From Octopus sinensis (Eukaryota), in the NCBI RefSeq assembly GCF_006345805.1, contig NC_043019.1:32549360-32613359 (forward strand): DNA of 64,000 nt. The letters are read 5' to 3'. Each line of letters begins with the position of its first letter. Position 1 is the first letter of the stretch. Below the pieces are notes generated by a model. It saw only the letters and a list, made by a program, of their open reading frames with translations, was not told the DNA's origin and made no database searches. Positions 54,853-64,000 of this stretch are shown here, one piece after another. The position numbers and the translations under genes are program-made.

Positions 54853-55972
54853 TATATGTGCATGTGTGTGAGAGAGAAATTTGAAAATAATCATAAATTT
54901 GAAAACAAAGAAACTTTCTTAAAAATGCTTTTAAAGTAAAAAAGCCGAAAAAAAAATTGTAAATAAAGAAATTCTAAATTTATTTCACTTAATGACTTTG
55001 TAATTATTAATCCTTATTAGCATTTTGGTAAACAGAGACCGCAAAGCCTTCTATCTGTTTTCTCCTAATAGCTTCAGGACTCATAAAGCCGCAGTCCCCC
55101 CCCCACCCCATCTCATTCCCATGGTGTATAATTGTTTTAGATTACAATGCTCTCTCTTCTCCCCAGCACAGGATGCTGGTCCATCCCTGAGTTGATTTCC
55201 CATCTATTGCAGGAATTTATTTACAGTCAAGTGGAAGCAGAGCAACAGGAAGCAAAGTGTTTCACTCAAGAATACAATGCATTGCCTGATCTGGGAGTTG
55301 AAACCACAATCTTGCGATTGTGAGTGCATCGCCCTTACCAATGGGTCATGTTCCTTCACAAGACCGAAAAGCACCACATGTAAAGTACAAGTACTAGGGT
55401 CTAGAGAGATTTATACAGTAGTAACATGATAAAGTGGTGGTATGTAATACGATAAAGCGGTGCGTCCTATGGCTAAATAGCAGTAGTATTCTTCCCTTTC
55501 ATGGGACTATCACATTAAGTTGACAACATACCACTACTAGGGTCTATATCAGTAGTTCTCAATCAGGGTCCATATGACCCTTAAGGGATCCATATAAGAT
55601 TTTGTTGTTAAAATTTATGTGCAGTAAACTAGTTATACTCTTTTACTTGTTTCAGTTGTGGGACTAAACCATGTTGGAACTAAACCCAGAAGCAAGATTC
55701 TTACCACACAGCCACTCCTGCGCCTATTGTACTCTTTTACTCTTTTACTTGTTTCAGTCTTTTGACTGCGGCCATGCTGGAGCACCGCCTTTAATCAAGC
55801 AACTCGACCCCGGACTTATTCTTTGTAAGCCCAGTACTTATTCTATCGGTCTCTTTTACCGAACCGCTAAATAACGGGGACATAAACACACCAGCATCGG
55901 TTGTCAAGCAATGCTAGGGGGACAAACAGACACAACACAACACACATGCATATATATAATATATAATATATC

Positions 55973-56010
<38 letters not shown>

Positions 56011-57120
56011 TATATGTGCAGTGTATGAGAGAGAAATGAAAAATAATCATAAATTTGAAAACAAAGAAACTTTCTAAAAAATGCTTTTAAAGTAAAAAAG
56101 CCGAAAAAAAAATTGTAAATAAAGAATTCTAAATTTATTTCACTTAATGACTTTGTAATTATTAATCCTTATTAGCATTTTGGTAAACAGAGACCGCAAA
56201 GCCTTCTATCTGTTTTCTCCTAATAGTTCAGGACCAAAAGCCGCAGTCCCCCCCCCACCCCATCTCATTCCCATGGTGTATAATTGTTTTAGATTACAAT
56301 GCTCTCTCTTCTCCCCAGCACAGGATGCTGGTCCATCCCTGAGTTGATTTCCCAGCTATTGCAGGAATTATTTACAGTCAAGTGGAAGCAGAGCAACAGG
56401 AAGCAAAGTTTTTCACTCAAGAATACAATGCATTGCCTGATCTGGGAGTTGAAACCACAATCTTGCGATTGTGAGTGCATCGCCCTTACCAATGGGTCAT
56501 GTTCCTTCACAAGACCGAAAAGCACCACATGTAAAGTACAAGTACTAGGGTCTAGAGAGATTTATACAGTAGTAACATGATAAAGTGGTGGTATGTAATA
56601 CGATAAAGCGGTGCGTCCTATGGCTAAATAGCAGTAGTATTCTTCCCTTTCATGGGACTATCACATTAAGTTGACAACATACCACTACTAGGGTCTATAT
56701 CAGTAGTTCTCAATCAGGGTCCATATGACCCTTAAGCGATCCATATGACCCTTAAGGGATCCATATAAGATTTTGTTGTTAAAATTTATGTGCAGTAAAC
56801 TAGTTATACTCTTTTACTTGTTTCAGTTGTGGGACTAAACCATGTTGGAACTAAACCCAGAAGCAAGATTCTTACCACACAGCCACTCCTGCGCCTATTG
56901 TACTCTTTTACTCTTTTACTTGTTTCAGTCTTTTGACTGCGGCCATGCTGGAGCACCGCCTTTAATCAAGCAACTCGACCCCGGGACTTATTCTTTTGTA
57001 AGCCCAGTACTTATTCTATCGGTCTCTTTTACCGAACCGCTAAATAACGGGGACATAAACACACCAGCATCGGTTGTCAAGCAATGCTAGGGGGACAAAC
57101 ACAGACACACAAACACACAT
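54815..57120. repeat. ~1.15-kb tandem duplication (copy 1 about 54815-55960, copy 2 about 55965-57120)
   Basis: Both copies start (GATA)n-GTATATGTGCA..AATCATAAATTTGAAAAC and differ mostly by small indels. Breakpoints lie in (TA)n. Confidence 0.9.
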
Positions 57121-57777
57121 GCATATATATATATATATACATATATACGACAGGCTTCTTTCAGTTTCCGTCTACCAAATCCACTCACAAGGCTTTGGTC
57201 GGCCCGAGGCTATAGTAGAAGACACTTGCCCAAGGTGCCACGCAGTGGGACTGAACCCGGAACCATGTGGTTGGTAAACAAGCTACTTACCACACAGCCA
57301 CTCCTGCGCCTATGTATTGTATATGTTTTTAAATTATTTTCATACTTTGTATCTACTTATTTTATAATAAATGCAAAACAACACCACAGAGGAATCGACG
57401 TAAGCTTAAATAACAAACCACAATAGGCGAACCATGATGTGGCAAGGGACTACTGTATTATTTCATTACTTTACAACATTTTCCCTCTGAATTTATTCTC
57501 CCATGACTATATATATGAGGTGCATTCCAGCAATTTTGAGACGAGAGAAGCAGTTAGAACTGTCCTAGATTATTGTATTTTTAGTTTAACACTTTCAACT
57601 TGGAGGATTTCCATGAGGTATCCATGAGCTGGCTGGAGCACTGAAACAGATGCACTGAAATCGAAGGATCCTGCTTTGAAGGAAATTAGAGTTTTTTGTA
57701 CTTTGAAATTGATAAATGTCTCTCCTGAAAATGTCTCAAAACTTTTAGAATATACCTTATATCTAATTAATTATCTC

Positions 57778-58252
57778 AATCATCAACTTCTTCAAGTATC
57801 GCTTGAAAAGGAAAGTGAGAGTAGAGAGGCAAGTTTTGTCTGGTGAATGTTTCAAAAAAAGATGGGTGTATGTAGCAAGGATGGCACGTATGAATGACGA
57901 AGCCACCTTGAGCATAATCCTATGAACCTGGAAGAATTTAATACAGAGAGTTACTTACTTACAAGTGAATGTGTTAACATGTGACATTATTGACCGAGGT
58001 TACCGTGGTCTTTTCTGTAGGCTTTTCTTTCCATGGATAAACCTTATCTGTTTCCCCCTTTACACTTTACATCATGACATTTCTGTGATACACTATCCCT
58101 ATTGATTGTTTTTTGTTTGCTTTTTTTCTTTTTTTGCGATCCCTTTTGATCGACAACCTACCCTGCCTTTCTTTACTTCTCTCCAAAAAGAAAAGCTCTA
58201 CTTTGTAATTTGTCCCCTCTGTGTTCAGCCCTGTGTGGCTAATAAAGAAACA
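57778..58252 (+). pseudogene. Tx1/L1-like LINE 3' end (ORF2 C-terminus plus 3' UTR)
   Basis: INFFKYRLKRKVRVERQVLSGECFKKRWVYVARMARMNDEATLSIIL*, then a UTR ending GTGGCTAATAAAGAAA. The same peptide start occurs at about 29940. Confidence 0.6.
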
Positions 58253-59055
58253 TAATCAATTATATCATGGTTCAGGTAGTTTTATAAAGAATGAGAACAT
58301 GAATGGGTGAATATGTAATGTAATGATGTTACAACATTATGTTACACAACTGTAATAACATTACACCGTAGTGATGTTATAATGCTACACAACTGTATTT
58401 AGTAGCTATTTAAGGAATGTGTTCATGGATGATTAAGGGGTTAGATGGGTACTGATGACGAGGCAAAAACTCCCGAAATATGGTATATACACCTATTATC
58501 CTTTTTTTTGTCTTTGATCTCATTGTTCGTTTATGTCTGACATCTCAGATACGAAACATCATAACAGAAATCCGTGCTGGCAATAATTTCTGTAAGAACA
58601 ACTGTAGAGATGGTCTTGACAAATGAATGGGTGAAGCTGGTGAAAGATAGAAATGAGGGTGAGAAGGGGTGGAAGAGGATGTGATGAGAGAGGGAGTGAA
58701 AAAAAGAAAGAAAGAGAAGTATGAAGATTCATTACAGATGGAGGTGATGAGGAAGCATTGAAATGGTGGAGAAGCCCTTTCTGAAAGGATCTGTAAGAAA
58801 GAGCTGAGGATGAATGCAGGGAGAGCAGTGAGAGACAAGAGGAATGAGATGAGAGAATAGTGTAGATGCAGAAGAGGAGCAGAGGATGAATGCTGCAAGA
58901 GTACCCTAGCCATCATCACTAACAACTGTGCCATTCTTTCTTCAAACTTGCATGAGGGTGTGAGATTTCTGCAACACTGCATGTAGCTAATTAAAGCACT
59001 CTTTTGTTTTATATGTATGTGTGTGTGTGTGTGTATATATACATATGTATATATG

Positions 59056-59088
<33 letters not shown>

Positions 59089-59310
59089 ATAATATATTTA
59101 TAATATAAATAATATGTATGTATATATATATATATAATATATATTATATATATATATATATTATATATTGTATGTATATAATATAAATAATAAGTATATA
59201 TGTGTGTGCATACATATATATATATAATTATATATTTAATTGAACACCACGCATCCATATCATAGTGTATATATATACATACAAATATATATTTGTATAT
59301 ATACATATAC

Positions 59311-59341
<31 letters not shown>

Positions 59342-59819
59342 TACACACACAATATATATATATATATATATACATATATATATAGACACATACTTATATA
59401 TCCATGTATGCATACACATTATATGCACATACATATATATACACATATATACACATATACACACATATATATACCCACACACATACACAGTTTTGTGCCA
59501 AATTCTAAGAATGCCTGATATACAAACTTAGTGAAAGTACACATGATCTGGTATTTATATATATTTTATAGATAATATGCATGTGAGATGAGTGAGTGAG
59601 TGTGTGTGTGAGTGTATGTGTGTAACAGTGTGTATGTGTGTGTGTGTGGGGGGGGGGGCTTTGAATCAACTCATTCATAAAGTTTCGCTCAGCTTGCACG
59701 TTCTCAGGATGCTTCAGTAATTTTCAAGAGATTTCCAACATTCACATTTGTAAAAATATTAAATAACTATACACAAACGCAAATGAATAACATATAATAC
59801 ATACATAGGCATACATACA

Positions 59820-59871
<52 letters not shown>

Positions 59872-59950
59872 CATATATATATATTTATACCATATATATA
59901 TATAATATATATATAGGCTTATATATTATACATATGTATGTATACATATT

Positions 59951-60006
<56 letters not shown>

Positions 60007-60689
60007 TATATATATATATATATATTACATATATATATATTATACATACATATATATAATATATATATAGGCATATATATTATACATATATGTATAATAT
60101 ACATATATATATATATACATATATAATATTACATATTATAATATATATATCTATATATATACTATATATTAAATATAATATATATATATATAATATATAT
60201 ATATATATACATACCTATATATATTTTATAGATATATATATTTACATATATATATGTGTGTATAACATATATATGTTATATATATATACACCTCTGTGTG
60301 TGTGTGTGTATATGTAAATATTCTCTTGTTGCTATAGAACAGAGCGGAGCAAGAAAAAAAAAAGGTAAGATTGATTGAAATGGACAGTACAAAAATGTAA
60401 AAATGAAATGTCAATGTTATACAGTGATAAAACCTATATAAAACGAAAAGCGTTACATGTACATATGTATATGGTATGTATGTGCATAGACATACACACA
60501 CAACTGCAAGGGCATTGCCATGTGGTTAGGAGTTTGCCTCCAAACCACATGGTTCCAGGTTCAATCACACCGTGGACCACTTTACGCAAATGCCTTCTAC
60601 TCTAGCCACAGTCCACCCAAAACCTTGTTAGTGGATTAGGTAGATGGAAGTTGAAAGAAGCCTGTCATATATATATATATATATATATA

Positions 60690-61030
60690 TATAGTGGCTG
60701 TGTGGTAAGTAGCTTGCTTACGAACCACATGGTTCCGGGTTCAGTCCCACTGCATGGCACCTTGGACAAGTGTCTTCTACCATAGCCTCAGGCCGACCAA
60801 AGCTTTGTGGGTGGATTTGGTAGACGGAAACTGATAGAAGCCCGTCGTATATATGTATGTGTATATGTTTGTGTGTCTGTGTTTGTCCCCCCACATCGCT
60901 TGACAACTGATGCTGGTGTGTTCAGCTAAGAATAAGTCCTGGGGTCGATTTGCTCGACTAAAAAGGTGGTGCTCCAGCATGGCCACAGTCAAATGACTGA
61001 AACAAATAACAGAGTAAAAGAGTAAAAGAG
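60690..61030 (+). mobile_element. SINE family A with an internal deletion, preceded by a second head (about 60510-60670)
   Basis: Family A head and tail. Confidence 0.75.
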
Positions 61031-61566
61031 TATACATACATATATATATATTATATATGTGTATGTGTATATACACATACACACATACATAAATGTATAT
61101 ATACAAATATATATACATATATATATATTGGAGTCAGAGGTTTTACTATTAAGAAACCAGGACATCATTAGGTGGGTGGGGGATAGATTCGATCACTAGA
61201 GATTGCATAGGGAACAGAAGGGAAAGGAAGGTTTTGAAACAGGTGGGAAAAAGATGAAATAAAAAGATACAAATTTTTCCATCTGAAATAATGTTTGGGT
61301 ATTTCAAATTTCAAATTTGATTTCTAATATTTGAATTTTGAATTTATTTAAGATTATAATCACACATCAATATGAACACAAGACAATTAACAAACAATCT
61401 AAAGTGCAAACATTCAAACATCGTCACTCTCTTTCCAAATCCTACTGCATTTCACATGAAATTTTAGTTGTCTTCATATATAAGTCAACACACCTGGTTC
61501 GGGATATAAATTTTTAAAAAATTCAATTTGTATTCCCCAAAATAAAATATGTATATGGTATATATA

Positions 61567-61762
61567 ACGGGAAGCTTTATGAAAATAAACAAAAGACGAA
61601 GGCAGGTGGAATACAAACAAACAATTGTATTAGTATGGTGCTCAGGAATATAAATAAAACAAGTCTTTTACGTTTCGAGCCTATGCTCTTCAACAGAAAG
61701 ATACACAGAAAAGAAACAAGGAGAGAAAAAAAATGCGTGCAGAAGCTAGCGAATCAACATGA
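61567..61762 (-). mobile_element. Solo Penelope terminal repeat, same family as 48460-48670, with CUGUUGA hammerhead (61664-61701)
   Basis: Near-identical to 48460-48670, with the same TATAACGGGAAGC boundary in (TA)n. Confidence 0.8.
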
Positions 61763-61899
61763 TATATATATATACACACACACACTGTATTTTCCGGTTT
61801 ACAAGCTAACATAGTATATAGTATAAACATTCAAATATTGTCACTATCGTTTCAAATCCTACAGCGTTCCACATGAATATATATATCATATATATATAT

Positions 61900-62085
61900 A
61901 TCATTCGCCATGCTGGACCACTGAAATCTACAAGCATTTTTTCATTCTCTTTTTGCTTATTTTCTCTTATTCCTTTTTGTTGAAGAGCATAGGCTCGAAA
62001 CATAAAAGACTTTTTCATTTCCAGAGTGTCAAACTAATACACTTGCTGTTGTTCACACCTGTCTTCATTTGGTTTTCTATAATTT
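61900..62085 (+). mobile_element. Diverged Penelope terminal repeat in the opposite orientation, with a decayed hammerhead (61973-62008)
   Basis: CUUU UUGUUGA A GAGC AUAG GCUC GAAA CAUA AAAG. Ends in (TA)n. Confidence 0.65.
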
Positions 62086-62503
62086 CAAATATATATATAT
62101 ATATATTATATATATATATATTATATACATATATATATATATAAGTATGTATGTATATATATATACATATATATATAAATTGTAGAAACTCTGCCAGATC
62201 AGATTGGAGCCTGCTGCAGCCATCTGGCTCACCAGTCCCCAGTCAAACCATCCAACCCGTGCCAGCATGGAAAGCAGACGTTAAACGATGATGATGATGA
62301 TGATATATATATATATATATTTGTGTGTATGATATATATATGTACATAAGTATGTATGAGTGTGTCTGTGTTTCTGTTAGGTAGATAAATAGATATAGAT
62401 AGGTATTCATACATGTGGACATATAAATACACATAAATTATATAAATATATATTTATATGTATACACACACACACACACACATATTCCAGCATGCACACC
62501 CAC

Positions 62504-62537
<34 letters not shown>

Positions 62538-62543
<6 letters not shown>

Positions 62544-62698
62544 AAAGAGGACAACAAATGCTAAGGCAGGACAAACATCTCAAGTCATATATGTTATTAT
62601 TATAAGAAAAATTTAGGAAAATTTTTCTAATAATAATAATAACATATATCACTTGAGATGTTTCTCTTCTCTTGGTGTTTGTTGTCCTCTTTCACAGA
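62538..62698. mobile_element. ~160-bp near-complete palindrome (fold-back MITE) in (TA)n
   Basis: Paired arms AAAGAGGACAACAAA/TTTGTTGTCCTCTTT, AAACATCTCAAGT/ACTTGAGATGTTT, ATATATGTTATTATTAT/ATAATAATAACATATAT and AGAAAAATTT/AAATTTTTCT. Confidence 0.75.
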
Positions 62699-63599
62699 TA
62701 TATGTCTGCTATATCAGAAATCTACAATGGTTCCATAACTCCTGTCTCGGCTATGAGCTTTGGAGCCCTGGTAATCCGTTACAGCACTTACCCCGCGTAC
62801 CTAGTCATTTAGATCACCTGTGAACTAAACACCCATATTTTGTATGTATATATATCATTTACATAATATATGATATATATATATACATATATCATATATA
62901 TATATATATATGTATATATATATTATATACATAGTATATATTATATGCATGTTATATATATATATATTATACATACATAGTATATATGTATATACGTATA
63001 TATATAATTTATACATATATATACACATATGCATATATATATATATATATAAATAATTTATACATATATATAATTTATATATATATAATTTATACACACA
63101 CACACATACATTTACACATATCAATGTTTTATTGATATATTAAACAAAACAACAATGTACATCATTTTTTTACTTACTGTGTATTTGTATTCTAGAATGT
63201 GTGCGTGTGAGAGAGAGAGAGAGAGTGAGTGAGAGAGAGAGGGAGTGAGCGAGAGAGGAGTGAGCGAGAGAGAGAGAGAGAGAGAGTGCCTGTGTTTATG
63301 TATGTGTTTGCATACAAATACTAAGAGAGGCTACACCAAGAAAACAATGCTAAGAAGAGGCATAAAGAAAATGTAAAGAAAGGCCACAAGAAACCACAAG
63401 AGTGAAGAAAAGGTGTTTGGGGGGAAAGTCAGAAAAAAATAAGTTGCATGTGCAGATATATGGCGTGTGTGTGTGTGTGTGTGTGTGAGACTGTCTATGG
63501 ATAAATATTTATGTATGGAGTATTCATATATATGTTCATATGTATGCACATCAGGACAAAAACATGCACACTATATGAGTGTGTTTGTGTATTTGCGTG

Positions 63600-63639
<40 letters not shown>

Positions 63640-63785
63640 TATATATATACACATATACATGTATATATACAAATATATGCGTGTATATATATATATGTAT
63701 ATATACATATATATATATACACACACATACCTATATATATCTATACATATATGTATATGTATGTGTGTGTGTGATATATTACTTG

Positions 63786-63852
<67 letters not shown>

Positions 63853-64000
63853 ATAGAATATATATGTAATATATAATGTATGTTTGTAAGCATGTGCATA
63901 TAAATTATATAATATATACACCTACAAATATATACATACACACGCACATAAATACTTGTATAAATATACACACATTATCCTTAAGCATCACATACATATA

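Noticed and set aside
58545-59375. 276-aa minus-strand ORF
   Set aside because: Half of it is microsatellite and the rest is low-complexity S/L/F sequence with no recognisable motif. It may be an old repeat relic but cannot be assigned.

Overview
AT-rich, microsatellite-saturated animal DNA. The SINE and LINE families look like those of octopus (coleoid cephalopod); this is recognition from memory, not a database result. The only host protein-coding sequence I can support is three minus-strand exons of an otoferlin-like ferlin (21139-21281, 19179-19267, 223-369), with canonical AG/GT sites and matching phases. The next upstream exon was not found, so 21.3-64 kb is probably one intron of more than 42 kb. 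The rest is tRNA-derived SINEs, RTE-tailed elements, relics of Tx1/L1, CR1, R4/Dong and Penelope (Neptune-like) retroelements, MITEs and minisatellites. Nearly all ORFs in the supplied track are microsatellite artefacts. The most interesting signal is a cluster of hammerhead ribozyme (HHR) motifs at 46.7-51.0 kb, with more at 58.4 and 61.6-62.0 kb. Its centre is a non-coding ~545-nt unit in tandem (47211-48379). The two tandem copies each fold on the minus strand into a complete type I hammerhead: CUGACGA core, GAAA, GUC cleavage site, palindromic stem III, and extended stems I and II. This is a retrozyme-like, potentially circRNA-producing element on the same strand as the otoferlin pre-mRNA. 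Nearby are a tRNA-headed SINE carrying a hammerhead, and a Penelope terminal-repeat family with a recurrent variant core (CUGUUGA). Repeat boundaries are read by eye and approximate; exon and ribozyme coordinates were counted base by base.
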